Position numbers and translations under genes: made by a program. From positions 9,651 through 73,650 of the forward strand of contig CAZPWC010000001.1 of assembly GCA_964590155.1 (NCBI GenBank): DNA of 64,000 nt. Direction: 5' to 3'. Within the stretch, counting starts at the first letter, position 1; each line of letters begins with the position of its first letter. Below the pieces are notes generated by a model. It saw nothing but the letters and a program-made list of their open reading frames with translations, was not told the origin of the DNA and ran no database searches. This stretch comes from an uncultured archaeon. GTDB taxonomy: Archaea; Iainarchaeota; Iainarchaeia; Iainarchaeales; JAAZKV01. Below are positions 18,363 through 27,395 of this stretch, piece by piece.

Positions 18363-21335
18363 ATGCCTACAGATTATTTAGCTGAACTAATGAAAGATGC
18401 CAAATTAAAAGATACTGGCAAAATAGAGGAAAAAGAAGTCCCTACAAAACCAGAAGATAAAGAAGAACAATTAGCGCACGAAGCTGGAAAAAAACAAATG
18501 GAAAGTTTTAATGAAACATTTGAAATCGAGCCATCTGATCAAAAAGCCGAAACAGAAAAAGAATTAGAACAAGGGAAAAAAATCCAACTAAAAAGTTATG
18601 GAAATGTAAAAATATTTCAAATCCCAGGAAAGCCACTTAACTATTACTATGTCCCAACAATAAGACCATCAGCTGTTGAAAGAAAAATAATCAATACAAT
18701 AAAAGAAGCGACAACAAGATTAGTTAGCATTGCTTCTTACAAAATAAGAAACCCTGAAGAAAGAAGAATAATATACAAACAAAAAATAATTGAAATAATA
18801 CAAAACAATCCCTCGCTTAACATCCCTGAAAGCAGAGTTAATTATTACGCTGATGCCGTTGTAAGAGAAATGGTTGGATATGGATTAATTGACGAACTAA
18901 TCAAAGATGATAATTTAGAAGAAATAATGATTATCGGTCCGCAAAAACCTGTGTATGTATTTCATAGAGAATTCGAAATGATGACAACAAATGTTGAATT
19001 TTTTTCAGAACAAGAAATAGAAGATTTAATTAACAGAATAGCAAGAGAGGTTGGAAGAAGAGTTGATGTATCATCCCCCTTACTTGACGCAAGATTAATT
19101 GACGGATCACGTGTAAATGCAACTATCCCCCCAGCAAGCATAAGTGGAGGAACACTAACAATAAGAAAATTCAGACAAGACCCTTACTCAATAATTGATT
19201 TAGTGAAAATGGGAACATTAAGCAGTGAAGCGGCAGCGTTCTTGTGGGTTTGCGCTGACGGACTTGGCACAAAACCAGCAAACATACTAATCTCAGGAGG
19301 AACAGGTTCAGGAAAAACTACCCTCCTAAATGTACTTGCTTCATTTATTCCTGACCGAGAAAGAGTAATAACAATAGAAGACACAGCAGAACTAAATCTC
19401 CCAATAAAACACTGGATAAGAATGGAAGCACGACCGCCAGGAATAGAAGGAACTGGAGAACTAAAAATTGACATTCTTACAAAAAATTCACTAAGAATGA
19501 GACCTGATAGAATAATTGTAGGAGAAATAAGACACGAAGAAGCATTTACATTATTTACTGCAATAAATACAGGGCATGATGGAGCAACAACAGAGGATAC
19601 TTTAATTCAAATGGACGACGGCAACATAATCGAAATTGGAAAACTCGCCGAAAAATATATGACCACCCCAACAAAAGAAAAAGAATACGAATTCAGTGAA
19701 ATAAATGAGCCCCTGCTTGTGCCAAGTTTTAATAAAAAAACACTCCAAATAGAACCAAAACAAATAACAAAGATATGGAGAAAAAAAGTAACAGAAATGT
19801 TGTTAAAAATTAAACTAAAATCCGGAAAAGAAATTACAATAACACAAGACCACCCTTTTTATGTCGCACATAACGGAATACAAGAAATAAACGCTGAACG
19901 ATTACAAAAAGGGGATTTTATTTGCACGCCTGAAAAAATCCCATTATTTGCAGAAAGAAAACTAATAGAACCACACCTTGTAGGTCTAATATATGGAGAC
20001 GGACATGTTGGCCAAGAAGTAATAGAATTTGTAAACGCCGAAAAACAACTCGTAAATTCATTCATTGAATCAGCAAAAAATGTCACTCAAAACAAAATAA
20101 CCCAGAAAAGTTATGACAGATATAACCGTGCATTATTTTACGATAAGAAATTTATACGCGCCATGACAAAAGAGTATAATATTCCTCAAGGAAACAAAAC
20201 AAAATCTTTTAAGTTGGGTGAAGAAATACTTTGTGCAGAACAAAGTGAACTAGCACAATTAGTTAAAGGATTATTTGATAGCGAATCCCACGTAAATTTA
20301 CATTCAAACTCAATACAATTTGTTACTTCTAATAAAGATTTAGCAAACAAATTGCCACTCATTTTACAACGCTATGGAATAAAATCAAGCAAATATATAC
20401 AACAAAAAGACGGAAAGGGAAATACAGGACCCTACTACAAAATATCTATTTACGGTTTGGAAAACCTCAAACAATACAAAACATATATTGGATATGAGCA
20501 CACTAAAAAACGAGAAACTCTTGACACCTTATTAAAAAAAGCAAAACTGAGTGTAAATGTTATCCCCGGCTTATCAAAAGTATTAATTAATGCGAGAGCC
20601 GAAAACAATTTAACCCAAAAGGAACTAAGCGCACTTTTAGGAAACTCAACACCAAGCGTCATAAGCGCATACGAAACGAATCAAAGAAATCCAACAAAAG
20701 AACAAATAAAAAAAATAGGCCAAACAATTAATGGAGAAACCGCAAAACAATTAAGCAGACTCGCTGAATCAAAAATATTATTTGAAGAAATAACAGAAAT
20801 TAAAGAAATTAAACACGAAGGATATGTTTACGATTTAACGGTTAAAGATAATCATACATACATCGCAAACGGAACAATAATATCTAATTGCATGGGAACA
20901 GTACACGCAAATAGTCCGCAAGAAACAATAATTAGAGTAACAAACCCGCCGATGAATGTTCCACAAATTATGTTAAGCGGACTTGATTTTATAATTGTTG
21001 AACACAGATATTACGACAGAAAAAAAGGAACAATTAGAAGAGTGAGTGAAATTGCGGAAGTATATGGTGCTTTAGAAGGAAAACCAAGAGTACAAACAGT
21101 ATTTGCAAGAGACCCAGTAAAAGACAAACTAGAAAAAACAATACTTGACAGCTCTTACTTAAAAACCTTACAAGATTTTACTGGATTATCAAGAGAACAA
21201 ATAGAAGCAGAAATACAAATAAGAAAACAATTCTTAGAAAAACTAATTGAGAAAAATATAAGAGGATTAACGCAAGTATCTGAAGAAACAAAAGAATTCC
21301 TTGGCAAACGAAAAATATTCGGTGAACAACAATGA
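18363..21335 (+). CDS. type II/IV secretion-system ATPase (KlbA/FlaI/VirB11 family) interrupted by an intein
   Basis: Walker A ISGGTGSGKTTLLN; split motif NTGHDG | intein | CMGTVHANS. Confidence 0.85.
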   Translation: MPTDYLAELMKDAKLKDTGKIEEKEVPTKPEDKEEQLAHEAGKKQMESFNETFEIEPSDQKAETEKELEQGKKIQLKSYGNVKIFQIPGKPLNYYYVPTIRPSAVERKIINTIKEATTRLVSIASYKIRNPEERRIIYKQKIIEIIQNNPSLNIPESRVNYYADAVVREMVGYGLIDELIKDDNLEEIMIIGPQKPVYVFHREFEMMTTNVEFFSEQEIEDLINRIAREVGRRVDVSSPLLDARLIDGSRVNATIPPASISGGTLTIRKFRQDPYSIIDLVKMGTLSSEAAAFLWVCADGLGTKPANILISGGTGSGKTTLLNVLASFIPDRERVITIEDTAELNLPIKHWIRMEARPPGIEGTGELKIDILTKNSLRMRPDRIIVGEIRHEEAFTLFTAINTGHDGATTEDTLIQMDDGNIIEIGKLAEKYMTTPTKEKEYEFSEINEPLLVPSFNKKTLQIEPKQITKIWRKKVTEMLLKIKLKSGKEITITQDHPFYVAHNGIQEINAERLQKGDFICTPEKIPLFAERKLIEPHLVGLIYGDGHVGQEVIEFVNAEKQLVNSFIESAKNVTQNKITQKSYDRYNRALFYDKKFIRAMTKEYNIPQGNKTKSFKLGEEILCAEQSELAQLVKGLFDSESHVNLHSNSIQFVTSNKDLANKLPLILQRYGIKSSKYIQQKDGKGNTGPYYKISIYGLENLKQYKTYIGYEHTKKRETLDTLLKKAKLSVNVIPGLSKVLINARAENNLTQKELSALLGNSTPSVISAYETNQRNPTKEQIKKIGQTINGETAKQLSRLAESKILFEEITEIKEIKHEGYVYDLTVKDNHTYIANGTIISNCMGTVHANSPQETIIRVTNPPMNVPQIMLSGLDFIIVEHRYYDRKKGTIRRVSEIAEVYGALEGKPRVQTVFARDPVKDKLEKTILDSSYLKTLQDFTGLSREQIEAEIQIRKQFLEKLIEKNIRGLTQVSEETKEFLGKRKIFGEQQ
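19584..20888 (+). mobile_element. Ala1-type intein (435 aa) with LAGLIDADG homing endonuclease and an XRE-like HTH
   Basis: Block A ATTEDTLIQMDDGNIIEIGKL; LAGLIDADG motifs LVGLIYGDGHV and LVKGLFDSESHV; HTH LTQKELSALLGNSTPSVISAYE; ends IISN with Cys+1. Confidence 0.8.
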
Positions 21336-22429
21336 ATGATACTTTTTCATTTGACGAACAAGAAGTAAACAAAATCGTTGACACAATGAAAAAAAAATAT
21401 AAAGAAGAAGGACTTGTAATTGATGAAGTAAATACTAGCTTAAAAGAACTAAGAGGACTTATTGCGGAAGACACTTACTCTAAAATAGATATTGATAATG
21501 CTTCAGATGTTCAAGAAATAAGATCATCGCTAGCAAAAGTATTTGCAAATCTTTATTTAAAAATAAAAGGAATAATTAAACCCGCGCAAAAGTTTTTCAA
21601 AAACTTTACTGTCAGCCAAGAACTTGGATATTACTTATATTCAGCAAATATGAGTTACTCAGCAAACCAATACACAGCAATAGCTGTTACTGCCGGACTT
21701 GTTGTAGGATTATTTACAGCAATAATTGGATTACTAATTGGAATAACAACAAAAAATATTATTTTTATCACAACCCTCCCAATTGTAATTGGACTTATTG
21801 GATGGCTAGTTGGAACAATAATACTACTAATGATTCCAAAACAAAAAGCGGTTGCACGCGGAAATGCTTGCTCTGTTGAATTGCCATTTGCTTTAAGACA
21901 CATGTCAACCGAACTAAGATCGGGAATTGGATTATACAAAACACTACAAGCAGTGGCTTCGTCTAATTATGGAGTACTAAGCGAAGAATTTGCAAGAACA
22001 ATAACAGAAATAGAAGAAGGGGTTGATACAGGGGCTGCGCTAAAACACATGGCGCTAAGAACACAAAGCAAACCACTCAAAACAGTTGTAAACCACATGC
22101 TTAGAGCGATGAGGATAGGAGGAAATCTTTCCGAATCAATGAGCAACATAGCCAAAGATGTTTCTGATGATTTGAAAAACAAAATACTCGCTTTTTCACA
22201 AAACATGAACTTTTTTGCAGTAATATTTATCTTTATAGGAATAATTATTCCAGTAGCAATAATAATTTTAGGAGCAATAAGAAATTCTTCAATTGCAAAA
22301 GTAGGACAGGACTTGTTCAAATCAGTTCCATTAACTTTAGATGTCTTAATAGTAATTTATTTTGTTATAATGCCTATATTATTTATAATAATGAATATAT
22401 TTGTTTACAATGCGCAACCAAAAATGTGA
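21332..22429 (+). CDS. TadC/FlaJ-like pilus assembly membrane protein (single T2SS-F-like domain)
   Basis: Start overlaps the ATPase stop (ATGA). N-terminal soluble region followed by TM helices. Confidence 0.55.
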   Translation: MNDTFSFDEQEVNKIVDTMKKKYKEEGLVIDEVNTSLKELRGLIAEDTYSKIDIDNASDVQEIRSSLAKVFANLYLKIKGIIKPAQKFFKNFTVSQELGYYLYSANMSYSANQYTAIAVTAGLVVGLFTAIIGLLIGITTKNIIFITTLPIVIGLIGWLVGTIILLMIPKQKAVARGNACSVELPFALRHMSTELRSGIGLYKTLQAVASSNYGVLSEEFARTITEIEEGVDTGAALKHMALRTQSKPLKTVVNHMLRAMRIGGNLSESMSNIAKDVSDDLKNKILAFSQNMNFFAVIFIFIGIIIPVAIIILGAIRNSSIAKVGQDLFKSVPLTLDVLIVIYFVIMPILFIIMNIFVYNAQPKM

Positions 22430-23356
22430 GTGAAAAAAATGGGTTTGAATGAAATAGCAGAAAGATATGAGTACTGGGTTGAATTCAGCAAACTCAAATA
22501 CAAAGCAGAACCATGGGTACTAATAGCAATAGGAAGCTCTGTTACAGTCGGAATACTTTCATTCATGCTAAGCGTTGTTATAATAAAAGAAATTACATTA
22601 CTCCCCTTAGCTTTCTTTTTAGCAACATTTGTTTTACTAATGGGCTACCCTTACATGAAAAAAGAGTCAATAATTGATTCAATAGAAGACAATTTTAGTG
22701 ACGCGTTAAAACAAATGGCTGATACATTAAAAGCAGGAGATACTTACGAAAGCGCATTAAGAGAAGTAGCTAATTCTGAATATGGAAGATTATCTGAAGA
22801 AGTTAGCATTGCTTTAAGGAGACTTGAAGAAGGAGCCAACATGGAGACCTCACTAACGGGTCTTGCTGAAAGAATTGACTCAAGACTAGTTAAAAGAACA
22901 ATAACAATAATAGTTGATTCGGTAAAAACAGGAGCAAGCTTGGCCGATGTGCTTGACGAAATATCTGAAGATGTAAGAGAAATACACAAATTAAAAGAAG
23001 ACAGAAAAGCAAATACACAAATGCAATTCTTATTCATGGTCGCGGCAGGAGGATTTATTGCACCAATGATATTTGGAGAAATAACCGCAGTACTATCAAT
23101 ATTCAATGCAATAACAACGCAAGCAACACAAGCAGTTACAACAGCATCAATACAAAAAACTGATCAAGTAATAGCTGTGCTAATTCAAGGATACTTAATA
23201 ATAGAAGTTGTCGGAAGCGGAGTAATGATGGCAGTAACAAGAGAAGGAAAACCAAACAAAGCAATAATTTACATACCTTTATTATTATTAACAGCCTTTG
23301 TCGTATACTATACAACAGCATTTGTTATCAGAGGATTTTTGGCGGGAAGCATATGA
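22430..23356 (+). CDS. TadB/FlaJ-like pilus assembly membrane protein (second T2SS-F-like gene)
   Basis: Same architecture as the preceding gene and adjacent to it. Confidence 0.55.
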   Translation: MKKMGLNEIAERYEYWVEFSKLKYKAEPWVLIAIGSSVTVGILSFMLSVVIIKEITLLPLAFFLATFVLLMGYPYMKKESIIDSIEDNFSDALKQMADTLKAGDTYESALREVANSEYGRLSEEVSIALRRLEEGANMETSLTGLAERIDSRLVKRTITIIVDSVKTGASLADVLDEISEDVREIHKLKEDRKANTQMQFLFMVAAGGFIAPMIFGEITAVLSIFNAITTQATQAVTTASIQKTDQVIAVLIQGYLIIEVVGSGVMMAVTREGKPNKAIIYIPLLLLTAFVVYYTTAFVIRGFLAGSI

Positions 23357-23502
23357 TGGAAGAAAAAGCACAAGTACATTTAGAGTACTTACTAATAGCT
23401 ATTGGAGCAGTTGTTGTAGTAACAGTAGTAGCTTTGTACATTAAAGAAACTGCAAACAGCGCAGCACAAGCAACAATTGATCAAGCAAACCAAAACCCTT
23501 AA
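23353..23502 (+). CDS. short Flp-like prepilin (49 aa), class III signal peptide
   Basis: Hand translation MMEEKAQVHLEYLLIAIGAVVVVTVVALYIK...; not in the ORF track because it is under 60 aa. Confidence 0.5.
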   Translation: MMEEKAQVHLEYLLIAIGAVVVVTVVALYIKETANSAAQATIDQANQNP

Positions 23503-23544
23503 TAATTACTAAAATTAATTAAAGATAAAGAAAACCACTAAAAA

Positions 23545-23550
23545 GGAGGT
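23545..23550 (+). promoter_or_regulatory. Shine-Dalgarno GGAGGT 6 nt upstream of the pilin ATG at 23557
   Basis: aaaaGGAGGTttgattATG. Confidence 0.5.
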
Positions 23551-23556
23551 TTGATT

Positions 23557-23856
23557 ATGGAACAAAAAGCTCAGGCACCAAAGGCGCAGGGAGCAATAGA
23601 ATACCTACTAATAATAGGAGCAGCAATACTAGTAGTAGCAGTAGTAGTAATAGCACTAAGCGGAATAATTGGCGCTGGAAGTGATACTACCGACACAGAA
23701 GCAATAAATAGCACTTATAATGCACTGCAATGTCAAAAAGACTGCGGATATTTAGATGACGAAAGCGAAACATGCTGTGATTCATATAAAGACTATTGCA
23801 CATTACAAGGTCCGGACAGTGCAAAAACCTGCCAAAAAATAATTCCCGCGGAATAA
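23557..23856 (+). CDS. prepilin, Cys-rich paralog 1 (QGAIEYLL family)
   Basis: MEQKAQAPKAQGAIEYLLIIGAAILVVAVVVIAL, then a C-terminal domain with 7 Cys. The ORF-track start at 23551 is TTG. Confidence 0.6.
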   Translation: MEQKAQAPKAQGAIEYLLIIGAAILVVAVVVIALSGIIGAGSDTTDTEAINSTYNALQCQKDCGYLDDESETCCDSYKDYCTLQGPDSAKTCQKIIPAE

Positions 23857-24022
23857 ATAAAATTTAAACAAAGAAGGAAAGGAGAAGTAAAATCCTTTCC
23901 AACTTTCTTTTTTTAGACAAACCAAACTACAACAAATACAAAGTAAATCTAACAATAAGCCAACCTTTATATATCACTTATTTTATAGTTAAGTCAACGA
24001 AACCCCAACGGAGGTAATGAAA

Positions 24023-24298
24023 ATGGAAAAAAACGGACAAGGAGCAATAGAATACCTACTAATCATAGGAGCAGCAATACTAGTAGTAGCCGTAGTAGTA
24101 ATAGCACTAACTGGAGTACTAGATGCTGGTAATGATCAAACAAGCGATACTGATGTAGAAACATCACTTATGGCGCTAGAATGCCAAAAAGACAGCACAT
24201 ATTCACCAATGACATCACCTACTCAAACATGTTGTACAGAATTCCCTACGGAATATACAGCTACAAGCGGGACATGTTTACCAATAACAACCGCATAA
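24023..24298 (+). CDS. prepilin, Cys-rich paralog 2
   Basis: MEKNGQGAIEYLLIIGAAILVVAVVVIAL is near-identical to paralog 1 at the N-terminus. SD GGAGGT at 24010-24015. An alternative ATG lies at 24017. Confidence 0.6.
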   Translation: MEKNGQGAIEYLLIIGAAILVVAVVVIALTGVLDAGNDQTSDTDVETSLMALECQKDSTYSPMTSPTQTCCTEFPTEYTATSGTCLPITTA

Positions 24299-24496
24299 AA
24301 TAATTTTAACTAAAATTGGAAAGGAAAACAAAATCCTTTCCACTTTTTCTTTTTATCTGAACTTTCTTAAGCGCCAAAAAATTGCGAAGCAAAGCCAATC
24401 ACAGAGTGGTTGGCTCCCATACGCTCGCCTGCCCTTTAGGGGTGGGCCGGGCAAGCAATGCGATAGCTTTAAATTTAGAAAAAAGTTTAGATAGTA

Positions 24497-24835
24497 GTGG
24501 TGGTTGTTATACAAAGAGGACAGGGAGCAATAGAATACTTACTTCTTTTAGCGGCAGCAATTGTTGTTGTAGCAATAGTTGTTTCATTTTTGGGTTCAAC
24601 AATAGGGCCTGTCCAAGATACGGGCGACAATGAAACATACTCATACTTATGCGAACCAAAACCACAAGGACTTGAATCAGGCACTGCACAATGCGCATGC
24701 TATAATGGAAATTCGAACAATTACTTTGATACCACCGCAGAAGCAAAAGAGTATTGTTGCGAAGGGCAAAATAGCGCTTATTTGAAAATGAAATGGAACC
24801 AATCACGAACAGTTGATGCTGAAAAGTGTTCATAA
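24497..24835 (+). CDS. prepilin, Cys-rich paralog 3 (GTG start or degenerate)
   Basis: RGQGAIEYLLLLAAAIVVVAIVV; no ATG and no clear SD. Confidence 0.45.
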   Translation: MVVVIQRGQGAIEYLLLLAAAIVVVAIVVSFLGSTIGPVQDTGDNETYSYLCEPKPQGLESGTAQCACYNGNSNNYFDTTAEAKEYCCEGQNSAYLKMKWNQSRTVDAEKCS

Positions 24836-24850
24836 TAGAAGGAATTTTTT

Positions 24851-25021
24851 ATGGAAGAACGAGCACAAGTAAGTTTTGAATATTTGCTAACAGCGGTTTT
24901 TGCAATAGGATTAGCTATAAGCGCCGCAATATTAATTGAAACACTAAGACAACTTGCTTTGGAAGCCCAAGCAGAACTATTAACAGTAAGAACAAGAGTA
25001 ATAGAAGGATTAATGCAATAA
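24851..25021 (+). CDS. short Flp-like prepilin (56 aa)
   Basis: MEERAQVSFEYLLTAVFAIGLAISAAILIE resembles the 23353 gene. Confidence 0.5.
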   Translation: MEERAQVSFEYLLTAVFAIGLAISAAILIETLRQLALEAQAELLTVRTRVIEGLMQ

Positions 25022-25120
25022 CACAAATTATTGAAAGGACAACAAAAAACAAATTAATTAAAAGAAAAAACACAAAAAGCAACTTTTTTAATAAGGAAAA
25101 ACAACAATTAGCTGATACTA

Positions 25121-26209
25121 ATGATATATTATTTGCCAATAATAGTTTCCGTAATCGGACTAAGCATAGCAACATACACTGATCTGAAAGAAAGGATAGT
25201 TACAAACAAACTTAATTTTGGGTTAGCTGGAATTGGACTAATTCTTTACGGGATAATTGCAGTAATGGAAAACAGCCCGATAATATTTCTAATGTCAATT
25301 TTGGGTTTAATGTACGGATTTGTTTTCGGGTGGATCTTATGGAAACTCGGAATATTTGCTGGAGGGGATGTAAAATTATTCATGGCTTTAGGCGCGCTAA
25401 ATCCGCTAACACCCGCACTAGTACAAACAGGGATACTAACAACATCAAACACCCCCCTATTTCCAATAACTTTGTTTATTTATTCATTGGTTTCTTTCCT
25501 CCCTTACGGATTTTTAGTAGTGCTGCAAAAACTAAGCAAAAATAAAGAATTCAGAAAAAAATTGTGGATAGAAACAAAAAAAAGAATAGCTGACGGAATA
25601 AACCTATCTGTTTTTTCAGGGGCGCTGTACACAATATTTACTACGACTCAAATCCCCACTCTAATAGTTCTGCCACTAATAATTATTTGGGGATTAAGAA
25701 AAGAAAGAAATGCTTTGACAGTCGGAGCAACTCTTGCAGCAATAATAATTTCTCCGCAAGAATTTGTAAAAAATATTTTTGCAACACTAATAATAGTTGT
25801 AATTATTTACGGAATAATAAAATTAATGCTGTCACTAAGACCGCTACTTGTAAGCGAGGTAAATGTAAGCAAATTAGAAGAAGGGATGATTCCTGCAAAA
25901 ACACTTGTATGGAAAGGAAAAAAAGTTGTTGAAATTGAACCGCTTTCCATCGCAAGCGCATTTATGGCGCTAAAAAAAAGAAAAACAACAGAACTATTAA
26001 AACCAAGAAAAGAGATAATTTCTGCAATGAAAGCACGAGGATTGATTAATGAAGAAATCAAAGAACTAAAAACACTCGCAAAAAAAGGATTAATAAGCAA
26101 AAAGATGCAAATAAAAGAATCAATGCCCTTTGTGCCAACAATGTTAATAGGATACATCATTTGTTTAATTGCAGGCGACGCAATATGGATAGTTATTTTT
26201 GGATTGTGA
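25121..26209 (+). CDS. prepilin/preflagellin peptidase (A24 family, FlaK/PibD/EppA-like)
   Basis: Catalytic Asp motifs TDLKERIVTN and FAGGDVKLFMALGA; polytopic membrane protein. Confidence 0.75.
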   Translation: MIYYLPIIVSVIGLSIATYTDLKERIVTNKLNFGLAGIGLILYGIIAVMENSPIIFLMSILGLMYGFVFGWILWKLGIFAGGDVKLFMALGALNPLTPALVQTGILTTSNTPLFPITLFIYSLVSFLPYGFLVVLQKLSKNKEFRKKLWIETKKRIADGINLSVFSGALYTIFTTTQIPTLIVLPLIIIWGLRKERNALTVGATLAAIIISPQEFVKNIFATLIIVVIIYGIIKLMLSLRPLLVSEVNVSKLEEGMIPAKTLVWKGKKVVEIEPLSIASAFMALKKRKTTELLKPRKEIISAMKARGLINEEIKELKTLAKKGLISKKMQIKESMPFVPTMLIGYIICLIAGDAIWIVIFGL

Positions 26210-26218
26210 AGTGATACA

Positions 26219-26662
26219 ATGAAAAGAGGACAAACTTCAATAGAGTTCATATTTTTGATACTAATAATAGTTATTTACTTAGTGACAATAGTTCGACCAG
26301 CATTTGATAGCGCGCAAAGCTCTTTTGAGGACATAGATAAAGTAACAAAAGCAAGCAACGAAACACAAAAAATAGTAAACTCAATAAACAGAATAAGCTC
26401 ACTAAGTGATGGGTCAAAAGAAACACTATTCATTACTTTGCCGGAAGGAGTGGAGATAAATTGTTATAACGAAGGAAAACTTGATTTTATGGTAGAAATA
26501 AATACTAATGGCATAAACCCCAACATAGAAAGCTGCGCAAAAGATGTGTGCCAAAAAGAATATCAAACGTCGCCACTCAACTGTGAAATTACACAAATAC
26601 TTGGCGCAGAAAAAATAATTGTAGAAAAAGATGGAACAACAATAACAATAAAAGTCGGGTGA
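26219..26662 (+). CDS. prepilin-like protein
   Basis: MKRGQTSIEFIFLILIIVIYLV class III signal. Confidence 0.55.
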   Translation: MKRGQTSIEFIFLILIIVIYLVTIVRPAFDSAQSSFEDIDKVTKASNETQKIVNSINRISSLSDGSKETLFITLPEGVEINCYNEGKLDFMVEINTNGINPNIESCAKDVCQKEYQTSPLNCEITQILGAEKIIVEKDGTTITIKVG

Positions 26663-26666
26663 TTAT

Positions 26667-27002
26667 TTGAGAGGACAAGTAGCATTTGAAACACTATTTG
26701 TGTTTGTAATAATACTAACCACAACAATCTTTCTAACAAGTCTTTTTTTGCAAACTAACGAAGCAACAATATCAGAAAGCTTAGCTAGAAATGCGGTAAC
26801 TGAACAAGCCGCTTTGCAGGGAAAAAAAATTGTTATAGAAAGTGTTTCTTTTGAAAAAACAACAAATATAATAATAACAATAAATGTAATGTGCGAAGAA
26901 ATCCAAGAAACGATATTTGACACCCAAAAAATAGAAGATCTAATTGAAGAAAAAACAAGCGCGCAAAATGCGGGAATAGTAATAAATAAAAAGCAACTCT
27001 AG
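26667..27002 (+). CDS. prepilin-like protein
   Basis: MRGQVAFETLFVFVIILTTTIFL. Confidence 0.5.
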   Translation: MRGQVAFETLFVFVIILTTTIFLTSLFLQTNEATISESLARNAVTEQAALQGKKIVIESVSFEKTTNIIITINVMCEEIQETIFDTQKIEDLIEEKTSAQNAGIVINKKQL

Positions 27003-27062
27003 GTTTCGACAAAAAGCGAAGAAAGAGACGTGTTTTTATTATCTCAATAAAAAAACACAAAT

Positions 27063-27395
27063 ATGGATGACAAAAAAATAACGCTTATTTGCGGAGCGAT
27101 AGTTCTTTTTGGAATAATTATTTCAGCAATGTTCTATGAACCTGAATTTCAAAACACTTCAATAAAAGAAATGCTAAACACAAAAGAATCAGCAAAAGGA
27201 ATTATTTTTGCCAGAGTTGATTATGTAATAAAAAATTATCCAACAACGCAAGCGATAATAAATGACGGAACGACAGCAACCATTTACTATCCAAAAGAAA
27301 CTAATCTGAAAAAGAATGATTTTGTATACGCTTATCTTGAAACAGAAGACAAAAACAAAAAAACTTTTTACGCCTACAAACTGGTGAAAGATTGA
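27063..27395 (+). CDS. single-pass membrane protein
   Basis: N-terminal TM ITLICGAIVLFGIIISAMF. Confidence 0.35.
   Translation: MDDKKITLICGAIVLFGIIISAMFYEPEFQNTSIKEMLNTKESAKGIIFARVDYVIKNYPTTQAIINDGTTATIYYPKETNLKKNDFVYAYLETEDKNKKTFYAYKLVKD

Noticed and set aside
24382-24833. ORF-track entries 24382..24633(+), 24487..24684(-), 24507..24833(-) overlapping the third pilin paralog
   Set aside because: They are out of frame or antisense to a gene with a clear class III signal peptide, and their translations are low-complexity. Treated as spurious.
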